DNA from: Pelagibius litoralis | GTDB lineage: Bacteria; Pseudomonadota; Alphaproteobacteria; Kiloniellales; DSM-21159 | Length of the DNA stretch: 24,000 nt | Assembly (NCBI GenBank): GCA_029287455.1 | Contig: JARFRB010000052.1 | Location: 35,599 to 59,598, forward strand | Direction of reading: 5' to 3' | Shown: positions 9,240-16,609 of the stretch, piece by piece | Layout: every line of letters starts with the position of its first letter | Numbering within the stretch: position 1 is the first letter of the stretch | Translations under genes and position numbers: made by a program | The notes under the pieces: generated by a model | The model's database searches: none | What the model saw: only the letters and a program-made list of their open reading frames with translations | Told to the model about the DNA's origin: nothing

Positions 9240-9872
9240 ATGAATTTCTACCCTGAAGAAAGGGTCGCACTGTTCATCGATGGCGCCAATCTCTATGCAA
9301 CGGCGCGTTCCCTCGGTTTCGATATTGACTACAAGCGTCTGTACGGTCTTTTCGCAAAACAGTGCCGCCTCGTGCGGGCTTATTACTATACGGCATTGAT
9401 CGAAGATCAAGAATACTCACCGATTCGACCTCTGATCGATTGGCTGGATTACAACGGCTTCACCATGGTGACCAAGCCGACAAAGGAATTCACCGACGCA
9501 ACCGGGCGGCGCAAGATCAAAGGCAACATGGACATCGAGCTTGCCATCGACGTGATGGAGATGGCCGAGCGCCTGGATCACATCGTGCTGTTTTCCGGTG
9601 ACGGCGACTTTAGGCGCCTGGTGGAAGCCGTGCAGCGCAAGGGTGTGCGCGTCAGCGTGATTTCCTCGATTCGCTCCCAGCCGCCCATGATCGCGGACGA
9701 ATTGCGGCGCCAGGCGGATATCTTTCTGGACATCGTCGATCTGGAGTCGCGCATCGCCCGCCAGCTTCCCGCCGACCATCCGCGCAACCGCGTGCCGGAG
9801 GATGACGGTGACGAAGATATCGATTTCGACGAGGAAGAGGACGAGGAATTCTACGAGGAAGAAGGGGCCTGA
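9240..9872 (+). CDS. NYN-domain (LabA/DUF88-like, PIN-related) putative ribonuclease with acidic C-terminal tail
   Basis: The N-terminal VALFIDGANLY, central GNMDIELAIDVM and VLFSGDGDFRRLVEAVQRKG match the acidic-residue pattern of NYN/LabA-like domains (from memory). A good SD is present (AAAGGATGATTA-ATG). The tail is EDDGDEDIDFDEEEDEEFYEEEGA. Confidence 0.85.
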   Translation: MNFYPEERVALFIDGANLYATARSLGFDIDYKRLYGLFAKQCRLVRAYYYTALIEDQEYSPIRPLIDWLDYNGFTMVTKPTKEFTDATGRRKIKGNMDIELAIDVMEMAERLDHIVLFSGDGDFRRLVEAVQRKGVRVSVISSIRSQPPMIADELRRQADIFLDIVDLESRIARQLPADHPRNRVPEDDGDEDIDFDEEEDEEFYEEEGA

Positions 9873-9894
9873 GCGGGCGCGCCAGAGCAATCGT

Positions 9895-10584
9895 GTGGTG
9901 AAGGCACAAGGTCAATCGGGGCCAGGCCAGCCGGGGCCAGGCCAACCGGGGCCGGGCCAACCGGGGCCGGACTGCGCGCTCTGCCCGCGATTGGAGGCTT
10001 TCCGGAGGGACAATCGAAACCTCTATCCCAGCTTCCACAACGCCCCCGTTCCAAGTTTCGGGCCGCGCGACGCGCGGCTTCTCATCGTCGGCTTGGCCCC
10101 GGGCCTAAAGGGAGCCAACCAAACCGGGCGGCCTTTCACGGGGGACTACGCCGGCGATCTGCTCTACGCGACTTTGCTGAAATTCGGATTGGCCGAGGGC
10201 AGCTACGACCGGCACGCCGGCGATGGGCTTCGGCTTGTCGACTGCCGGATCACCAACGCGGTCCGCTGCGTGCCTCCGCAAAACAAGCCCACTCCCCAAG
10301 AGATCACGACCTGCCGCGACTTTCTGGAGGAGGAAATCGCCGCCCTGCCCCGGCTCCGGTTCATCCTGGCTCTTGGCGCCATTGCCCACGCGGCCGTCGT
10401 TAAGGTTCAAGGACTGCCCGCCGCGCGGGTCCGCTTCGGGCACGGCGCCCTGCATGAACTGCCGAGCGGTGTCATGCTGGCCGACAGCTATCATTGTTCG
10501 CGCTACAACACGAACACGGGGCGCCTGACGGCCGAGATGTTCGAGGCTGTGTTCGCGCGGATCCGCGAAGTCATGAAGGCCTAG
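9895..10584 (+). CDS. Uracil-DNA glycosylase superfamily protein (family 4/5-like, Fe-S type)
   Basis: N-terminal CALCPRL (CxxC), GLAPGLKGANQTGRPFTGDYAGDLLY (motif A region), VRCVPPQNKPT, TCRDFL and HCSRYNTNTG are typical of COG1573-type UDGs. The start is uncertain: in-frame GTG-GTG at 9895/9898 without an SD, or ATG 9802, which overlaps the NYN gene by 71 nt. No in-frame start exists downstream of the repeat, so the (GPGQP)n repeat must be translated. Confidence 0.8.
   Translation: MVKAQGQSGPGQPGPGQPGPGQPGPDCALCPRLEAFRRDNRNLYPSFHNAPVPSFGPRDARLLIVGLAPGLKGANQTGRPFTGDYAGDLLYATLLKFGLAEGSYDRHAGDGLRLVDCRITNAVRCVPPQNKPTPQEITTCRDFLEEEIAALPRLRFILALGAIAHAAVVKVQGLPAARVRFGHGALHELPSGVMLADSYHCSRYNTNTGRLTAEMFEAVFARIREVMKA
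9917..9970 (+). repeat. 15-bp tandem repeat, about 3.6 copies, in frame within the glycosylase 5' end
   Basis: Units are cggggccaggccagc (9917-9931), cggggccaggccaac (9932-9946), cggggccgggccaac (9947-9961) and cggggccgg (9962-9970). This translates as SGPGQPGPGQPGPGQPGP. Confidence 0.9.
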
Positions 10585-10592
10585 AGGGCGCG

Positions 10593-11054
10593 CTAGCCGC
10601 GGTCGCGGAGCAGCCGGGCTTTTTGTCTTTGCCAATCGCGCTGCTTGACGTCCTCGCGCCGGTCCTCCTTGCGCTTGCCCTTGGCCAACCCAAGGTCGAG
10701 TTTCGCTAGCCCGCGCGCGTTGAAATAGATCGACAACGGCACGAGCGTGTAGCCCGCGCGCCGCACCTGACCCAGAAGCCGATTCAACTCTTTGCGGTGA
10801 ACCAGAAGCTTTCGCGGGCGCCGGGGGTCGTGGCCAAAACGGTTGGCAGGCCCGTACTCCGAGATGTGGGCGTTGAGCAGATAGAGTTCGCCATCCTTCT
10901 CGCCGGCGTAAGCCTCGCCGATCGAGGCCCGGCCGCCGCGCAGGGATTTCACCTCGGACCCCGTCAGCGCGAGTCCGGCCTCGATATGCTCTTCAATGTG
11001 ATAGTCGTGGCGCGCGCGACGATTTTGCGCGACAACCTTCGATGCTGTGGACAT
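10593..11054 (-). CDS. smpB: SsrA-binding protein SmpB
   Basis: 153 aa. [32 protein letters not shown]..., [24 protein letters not shown] and a basic C-terminal tail are canonical SmpB features. Confidence 0.95.
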   Translation of the reverse strand: MSTASKVVAQNRRARHDYHIEEHIEAGLALTGSEVKSLRGGRASIGEAYAGEKDGELYLLNAHISEYGPANRFGHDPRRPRKLLVHRKELNRLLGQVRRAGYTLVPLSIYFNARGLAKLDLGLAKGKRKEDRREDVKQRDWQRQKARLLRDRG

Positions 11055-11100
11055 GGGTTCGCCATGGACGATCCGGCCCTTTGGAGAGCGCGGGCGCCTT

Positions 11101-11988
11101 CTAGTTGATCAATCCCGCATGGGCCATCGCCTTGCGCACCGTGGTGCGAGTCTCTTCCGTGACCGGCACAAGCGGCAACCGCAGCTCGTCCGCGCAGCGG
11201 TCGATAAGGGACAGCGCGTATTTCACGGGCTGCGGACTGGGCTCGGTGAAGAGCGCGAAATGCAAGGGCATCAAACGGTCGTTGAGGTCACGCGCCTTGC
11301 CGTAATCTCCCGCGCGCCAGGCATCGTGAAATGCCCCGCACAGACGGGGCGCCACGTTCGCGGTGACCGAGATGCAGCCGTCGCCCCCCTGCGCCATGAA
11401 CGGAAGAACCGTCGCATCCTCGCCGGACACCATCATGAAGTCCGGCCCGATCGCCGCGCGCGTCTTCCAGGGCCGGGTCAGATCTGCCGTGGCGTCCTTG
11501 ACCCCGACAATGCGCGGAAGCTCGGCAAGACGCGCCATGGTCTCGACAGAGATATCCACGATCGAGCGGCCCGGGATGTTGTAGAGCACAATCGGCAGGT
11601 CGCTCGCGTCGTGAATGGCCTTGAAGTGCCGGTAAAGGCCCTCCTGATTGGGCTTGTTGTAGTAGGGCGAAACCACCAGGGCGGCATCGGCGCCGGCTTC
11701 CTGAGCATGACGGGTCAAGTCGATCGCCTCGGCGGTGGAGTTCGATCCCGTGCCCGCGATGACCGGCACGCGGCCGCGTGTCACCTCCACACAAAGCTCG
11801 ACGACCCGTTTGTGCTCGGCGTGACTGAGGGTCGGCGACTCGGCGGTGGTTCCGCAGGGAATCAAAGCGTCGGTCCCCTCCATGATCTGCCAGTCCACCA
11901 GTTTCGCAAAAGCGGGCTCATCCACCTCCCCTTGCCTGAAGGGCGTGATGAGGGCGGTCATGGAACCGGAGAAAATTGGGCCAGCCAT
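11101..11988 (-). CDS. dapA: 4-hydroxy-tetrahydrodipicolinate synthase
   Basis: [17 protein letters not shown]..., [21 protein letters not shown] and the Schiff-base lysine context IVGVKDAT match DapA. The start is set at ATG 11988, with GAAAGG 8 nt upstream. The track start at 12078 adds 30 non-homologous residues. Confidence 0.93.
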   Translation of the reverse strand: MAGPIFSGSMTALITPFRQGEVDEPAFAKLVDWQIMEGTDALIPCGTTAESPTLSHAEHKRVVELCVEVTRGRVPVIAGTGSNSTAEAIDLTRHAQEAGADAALVVSPYYNKPNQEGLYRHFKAIHDASDLPIVLYNIPGRSIVDISVETMARLAELPRIVGVKDATADLTRPWKTRAAIGPDFMMVSGEDATVLPFMAQGGDGCISVTANVAPRLCGAFHDAWRAGDYGKARDLNDRLMPLHFALFTEPSPQPVKYALSLIDRCADELRLPLVPVTEETRTTVRKAMAHAGLIN

Positions 11989-12231
11989 AAAAACGACCTT
12001 TCGTAACGACGAATGCAAGCGTCCGGCGCCAACAGGCGCGTGGGAGCGGACCATATCCGCCTTGCCCAGCAACCTCAAGACCGTCCGATTCTCGCTACAA
12101 TCGTCTGAGTTGGCGGTCTGACTTTGCCTAGCCGAAGCGGGACACCATTAAGTATAGTCGCACGATTGGATGAAGTCGCACTGGGGCTGCAAAGCGCGAG
12201 ACGGACGTGACCCCCCTCGGATCAGCACGCG

Positions 12232-14268
12232 ATGCATAGACGAACCGGCCGCCCGAACCGAAGGCCTTCGATAAGTCGGGTTGCAAGGCTGGGCGCTTTG
12301 CTTGCCGGCCTTACGGCGCTGGCCCTAGGGCTTTGCGCCATGCCCGCGCTGGCAAATGGCGTTCTCAACCCCAACGACAAACGCGTCTATGAGGCCGCTT
12401 TCGAAAAGGCGGAGCGGGACGACTTCGCGGCCGCCCGGAGCTTGGCCCGGCAGGCGAGCGACCCCCTGCTCCGCAAGGTCTTGCTGTGGATGGAGCTCGC
12501 CAGGCCGGTGTCGACCGGCGACTTTGCCACCATCGTGCAGTTCCGCGAAGCTCACCCCGAGTGGCCGGGGCAGCAAGCCTTGCAGACGGCGGCAGAGCTA
12601 TCCATGCCGGTGGGTCTGCGCAGCGAAACGGTACTCACTTGGTTTGACCGGGAACCGCCGGTCACGGGTGACGGCACGATCCGCTATCTCGACGCCTTGC
12701 GCGACGTGGGGCGGGAGGAGAAGGCACGCGCCTTCGCGCAAACCGCCTGGGTCGAACTGGACCTCAGCCGGGGCAACGAGCGCACCTATCTGCGGCGTTT
12801 CGGCGATCTGCTAACACGCCAAAACCACGCCGACCGCCTGGAGCGGTTGATCTGGGATCGCAGGCGGGGCCCCGCGCTGCGCGTCGCGCGGCTTCTGGGT
12901 CCAGACCAGCAGGCCCTCGCCGCGGCGCGGCTGGCCTTGGCGGGGATGAGCCCCGGCGTCGACTCGGCCATCAAGAAGGTGCCGGCGGGACTGCGGGACG
13001 ATCCCGGCCTGGTTTACGAGAGAGCACGCTGGCGCTTGCGCAAGGGCCGCTACGAGTCGGCCATGGAGTTGCTCGACCCGCCACCGGAGGCCGGTTTGCC
13101 CGAGCGCTGGTGGAAGCTGCGACGGTGGGCGGCGCGGCGCGCCTTGGAGGAAGGCGAGCCCGCACGGGCTTATCGTCTGGCCAACGCCCAGGACGTGCCA
13201 CGTGGGGTGGCTTTCGCCGAAGCGCGCTTTCTCTCCGGCTGGATAGCCTTGCGGTTCCTAGACGACCCGGAGACGGCCTACGGGCACTTTCAGCGCCTAT
13301 ATGAGAACGTGGGCACGCCGATCAGCCGGGCCAGGGGCGCCTATTGGGCCGGAGAGGCGGCCCAAGCCCTCTCGCGCCCTACGGAAGCGGCGCGCTGGTA
13401 CCGGCTGGCGGCCTTCAACGACATCGCCTTCTACGGCCAATTGGCGACGGCCCGCTTGGGGATGGAGCCGGCCTTGCTAGAGGCTCCCGCCGCGACCATC
13501 AGCCCACAAACCCGCGCGGACTTCGAGAACCAGGAGGTCGTGCGAATCCTCCAGCGCCTGGTCGAACTCGATCAGGATCGCCTGATCGGCTGGTTCTTCG
13601 CCGCCCTCAGGCTACGTGCACGCACCGAGGTCGACTTCCGCTTGATCGGCGACTTGGCCCTGGCGCTGGACCGGCCGGACCAAGCGGTTTCCACCGGCAA
13701 GGCGGCGGCGCGAGTCGGAATCGTGCTGCCGGCCCACCTCTTTCCCTCGATCCCCTTGGCGATCGGCGACCCCAAGGAAGCCACCTTGGTGCTCGCCCTG
13801 ATTCGCCAGGAAAGCCAGTTCGCCCCTCGCGCGGTCAGCCATGCCGGGGCGCGCGGCCTCATGCAGCTGATGCCCAGCACCGCCAAGCTGGTCGCCAAGC
13901 AGCGTGGCCTGCCCTATGACCGCAAGCGTTTAACCTCGGACCCAAGCTACAACCTGGAGCTTGGGCGCAGCTATCTAGATGACCTGCTCGGCCGCTACAG
14001 CGGCTCCTATCCCTTGGCGCTGGCCGCCTATAACGCGGGGCCATCGCGCGCGGACCGCTGGATACGGAACTTCGGCGACCCGCGCGACCCCTCGGTAGAT
14101 CCCGTGGACTGGATCGAGTCCATCCCCTTCGACGAGACCCGGAACTACGTGCAGAGGATTGTCGAGGCGGTGACCGTCTACCGCAAGCGCATGACGCCGG
14201 GGCAACCGGTGCTCGTCTTGCAACCTCATCCGCAGCAAGCGAGCGCGGAGCCGGTGAAGCGGAACTGA
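12232..14268 (+). CDS. slt: Soluble lytic murein transglycosylase (Slt70-like)
   Basis: 678 aa. Signal peptide (LGALLAGLTALALGLCAMPALANG), then a long helical-repeat N-terminal region. The C-terminal SLT domain carries the catalytic-Glu context LIRQESQF, plus GLMQLMPSTA and AAYNAGPSRADRW. Confidence 0.9.
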   Translation: MHRRTGRPNRRPSISRVARLGALLAGLTALALGLCAMPALANGVLNPNDKRVYEAAFEKAERDDFAAARSLARQASDPLLRKVLLWMELARPVSTGDFATIVQFREAHPEWPGQQALQTAAELSMPVGLRSETVLTWFDREPPVTGDGTIRYLDALRDVGREEKARAFAQTAWVELDLSRGNERTYLRRFGDLLTRQNHADRLERLIWDRRRGPALRVARLLGPDQQALAAARLALAGMSPGVDSAIKKVPAGLRDDPGLVYERARWRLRKGRYESAMELLDPPPEAGLPERWWKLRRWAARRALEEGEPARAYRLANAQDVPRGVAFAEARFLSGWIALRFLDDPETAYGHFQRLYENVGTPISRARGAYWAGEAAQALSRPTEAARWYRLAAFNDIAFYGQLATARLGMEPALLEAPAATISPQTRADFENQEVVRILQRLVELDQDRLIGWFFAALRLRARTEVDFRLIGDLALALDRPDQAVSTGKAAARVGIVLPAHLFPSIPLAIGDPKEATLVLALIRQESQFAPRAVSHAGARGLMQLMPSTAKLVAKQRGLPYDRKRLTSDPSYNLELGRSYLDDLLGRYSGSYPLALAAYNAGPSRADRWIRNFGDPRDPSVDPVDWIESIPFDETRNYVQRIVEAVTVYRKRMTPGQPVLVLQPHPQQASAEPVKRN

Positions 14269-14312
14269 GAGCGCTTGCCTGTGCCTCGGGCCGTGGCTAG
14301 AGTTTTCGGGCG

Positions 14313-14999
14313 ATGACTCACCCCAGCTTCCCCAATATCGCCGCCTGCGTGTTCGACGCTTACGGGACGCTGTTCGACGTGCATTCCGCCGCCGCCCGGG
14401 AAGCACCGCGCCTGGGGGACAAGGCCAGCGCACTCTCTGCTTTGTGGCGCCAGAAGCAGCTCGAATACACCTGGCTGCGCAGCCTGATGCATGCCCACGC
14501 GGATTTCTGGCAGGTAACCGGGGACGCCCTGGATTACGCAATGGACTCCCTGGGGATCGAGGACTCGGACCTGCGCGAGAGCCTGATGCGGCTCTACCTC
14601 AGCCTGACCGCCTATCCAGATGTCACCCCGACCTTGGAACGCCTGCGAGCGGCGGGGCTGAAGACGGCGATCCTGTCCAACGGCGAGCCGAAGATGCTGC
14701 AAGCAGCGGTCGAGTCGGCAGATATCGCGCGCCTGCTCGACGCGGCGCTGTCGATCGAGGATGTGGGCGTCTACAAGCCGGACCCTAGGGTCTATCAACT
14801 GGCCTGCGACCGGCTGGAAGTCACGGCCGAGCGCGTTTGCTTTGTTTCCACCAATGCCTGGGATGCCTCCGGCGCGGCCTATTTCGGCTTCAAGGTGGCC
14901 TGGATGAACCGCTTTGGCCAAAAGCCGGAGCGCCTAGATGGAAAGCCCAACGCGATCATCACCGGTCTCGACGAACTGCCGGAGCTGCTCGGCCTCTGA
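14313..14999 (+). CDS. L-2-haloacid dehalogenase (HAD superfamily, type II)
   Basis: The nucleophile motif FDAYGTLFDV, then WRQKQLEYTWLRSLM, LSNG, YKPDPRVY and STNAWDASGA match type II haloacid dehalogenases. Confidence 0.85.
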   Translation: MTHPSFPNIAACVFDAYGTLFDVHSAAAREAPRLGDKASALSALWRQKQLEYTWLRSLMHAHADFWQVTGDALDYAMDSLGIEDSDLRESLMRLYLSLTAYPDVTPTLERLRAAGLKTAILSNGEPKMLQAAVESADIARLLDAALSIEDVGVYKPDPRVYQLACDRLEVTAERVCFVSTNAWDASGAAYFGFKVAWMNRFGQKPERLDGKPNAIITGLDELPELLGL

Positions 15000-15019
15000 C
15001 GCCTTGAAGGAGTTTGCCC

Positions 15020-16039
15020 ATGACCTCCGCCACGGTTCCGCTTCCCCAGGGCGCGGATTTCGAAAGGATTCCTGATTTCGAGGACGTCGAAGTGGCGGCG
15101 GCCCGGCTCAAGGGTCAGGCGGTCGTTACGCCGCTCCTCGAATACCCGGAACTGAACGAACGGCTGGGGGCGCGCCTTCTGATCAAGCCGGAAAACCTCC
15201 AGCGCAGCGGATCGTTCAAGTTCCGCGGCGCCTATAACCGTGTAAGCGCGATCCCCGAGGATGTGCGGGCCCGCGGGGTCATCGCCTTCTCCTCCGGCAA
15301 CCATGCGCAGGGAGTGGCGGCGGCGGCCAAGATTCATGGCATACCCGCCACCATCGTGATGCCGTCGGACGCGCCGCGCATCAAGATCGGCAATACGCAA
15401 GCTTATGGGGCCAAGGTGGTTACCTACGACCGCTTCACGGAGGATCGGGAGGCCATCGCCGCAGCCATTTCCGCCGAAACCAGCGCGACGCTGATCAAGC
15501 CCTACGACGACACGCTGATTATAGCCGGCCAGGGAACCTGCGGCTTGGAGATCGCCCAGCAGGCGCGGGCGGCCGGGGCCGATCTGGACGCGGTCTTGAT
15601 CTGCTGCGGCGGAGGCGGCCTATCGTCTGGAAGCGCGCTCGCGATCAAGACGCTTTCGCCGCGCACGGAGGTCTATGCTGTGGAGCCCGAGACTTTCGAT
15701 GACACGCGAAGGTCGCTGCAAAGCGGCACCCGCGTCGGAAACGATCCGGCCGCGCGTTCAATCTGCGATGCCTTGTTGGCGATGATGCCGGGCAAGATGA
15801 CCTTCGAGATGAACCAGCGCTTGCTTGCTGGCGCGCTGGCTGTCAGCGACGAAGAAGTGCTTCACGCGATGGCTTTTGCCTTCCGCGCGCTGAAACTGGT
15901 GGTGGAACCAGGCGGGGCGGTTTGCCTCGCCGCCGTTCTCTCGGGAAAGATTCCGGTGGCCGGGCGCAGCCTCGCCATCACCCTATCCGGCGGCAACGTG
16001 GATCCGGAAAGGGTGATGGAGGCCTTGGAGATCGGCTAA
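15020..16039 (+). CDS. PLP-dependent serine/threonine dehydratase family enzyme (serine racemase / threo-3-hydroxyaspartate ammonia-lyase-like)
   Basis: PLP-lysine motif SGSFKFRGAYN, SSGNHAQGVA and a glycine-rich phosphate loop CCGGGGLSSG. The start is set at ATG 15020, 7 nt downstream of GAAGGAG. The track's TTG at 15014 is less likely. Substrate specificity cannot be read from the sequence. Confidence 0.8.
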   Translation: MTSATVPLPQGADFERIPDFEDVEVAAARLKGQAVVTPLLEYPELNERLGARLLIKPENLQRSGSFKFRGAYNRVSAIPEDVRARGVIAFSSGNHAQGVAAAAKIHGIPATIVMPSDAPRIKIGNTQAYGAKVVTYDRFTEDREAIAAAISAETSATLIKPYDDTLIIAGQGTCGLEIAQQARAAGADLDAVLICCGGGGLSSGSALAIKTLSPRTEVYAVEPETFDDTRRSLQSGTRVGNDPAARSICDALLAMMPGKMTFEMNQRLLAGALAVSDEEVLHAMAFAFRALKLVVEPGGAVCLAAVLSGKIPVAGRSLAITLSGGNVDPERVMEALEIG

Positions 16040-16084
16040 CGGCCAGTCCGCCGATCCGTCCCCTACGACCGGTGCAACCGGTCC

Positions 16085-16609
16085 CTATTCGGCCGGCGCG
16101 GTTTCTTTCGGCGAAAGCGGCGACTTAGCGTCGAGCTTGTTCAAGGGATCGGGCTTGACGGGGTCGGCCACGGGCTCTTGAACGGGAATCTCCATACGGC
16201 GCAGGTGGCCGTCGATCGACGCGCCGGCTTCAACCGCGAGCGTTTCATGCACCACATCGCCGTTAAGCAGCGCGGTCTTGGCAAGCGTCACCGACTTCGC
16301 CTCAACCTTTCCGTTCACGGTGCCGCAGATCCGGACTGAGTCCGCCCTGATCGTGCCGTTCACCTCGGCACCCTCGCCCAGCGTCAGGGAGTTGGTCGAG
16401 ATGTCGCCCTGCACGACACCGTCGATCTGCAGATCGCCGTCGCTGAAGAGATTGCCCTCGATCCGCAGATCCGCGCTGATGATCGAAGGGACGCTGCTCG
16501 CCTTGCGGGCCGGTTGAACCAGCGGCGCCGCCTTCGGGGCTTCGTTGCGCGGCGGCACGCTGAGTGCCGGAGAGCTGGGAGAAGATTTCGTCTTAGCCTT
16601 TGAAAACAT
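16085..16609 (-). CDS. Bactofilin (DUF583/CcmA family cytoskeletal protein)
   Basis: The N-terminal MFSKAKTKSS resembles the described bactofilin membrane-targeting peptide (MFSKQAKS-like). A Pro/Ala-rich linker follows, then the beta-helical bactofilin core (IISADLRIEGNLFSDGDLQIDGVVQGDI...VNGTIRADSVRICGTVNGKVEAKSVTL...) and a Pro-rich tail. The start overlaps the upstream M23 gene by 17 nt. Confidence 0.85.
   Translation of the reverse strand: MFSKAKTKSSPSSPALSVPPRNEAPKAAPLVQPARKASSVPSIISADLRIEGNLFSDGDLQIDGVVQGDISTNSLTLGEGAEVNGTIRADSVRICGTVNGKVEAKSVTLAKTALLNGDVVHETLAVEAGASIDGHLRRMEIPVQEPVADPVKPDPLNKLDAKSPLSPKETAPAE

Noticed and set aside
10585-11100. Looked for a tmRNA (ssrA) or other RNA gene next to smpB, and for tRNA, rRNA or riboswitch-like elements in all spacers.
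   Set aside because: The spacers flanking smpB are only 8 and 46 nt. No spacer in the window shows a tRNA-like acceptor/T-arm pair or any riboswitch core I could recognise. The GGTTCAAGC strings at 23037-23045 and 23082-23090 lack the complementary T-stem.
2879-12078. N-terminal extensions in the ORF track for rnc (to 2944), lepB (to 3782), pdxJ (to 5047), spoT (GTG 7886), folK (to 9091) and dapA (to 12078).
   Set aside because: The extensions are non-homologous and low-complexity, and they overlap the upstream gene. Internal ATGs reproduce the canonical family N-termini ([60 protein letters not shown]).
12232-12360. Possible twin-arginine (Tat) signal in the Slt N-terminus (RPNRRPSIS...).
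   Set aside because: The RR pair is not in an S/T-R-R-x-F-L-K context, and it lies more than 10 residues before the hydrophobic core. An ordinary Sec signal with an ALA-N cleavage site is the simpler reading.
14313-16039. Haloacid dehalogenase plus dehydratase-family PLP enzyme, separated by about 20 nt, as a possible novel catabolic pair.
   Set aside because: Both are common stand-alone metabolic enzymes. Adjacency alone gives no mechanistic link, and no regulator, transporter or further pathway genes accompany them.
16067-16083. Hairpin GACCGG-TGCAA-CCGGTC between the convergent dehydratase-family and bactofilin genes, as a possible bidirectional terminator.
   Set aside because: The stem is only 6 bp and there is no U-tract on either strand. 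That is insufficient to call an intrinsic terminator.
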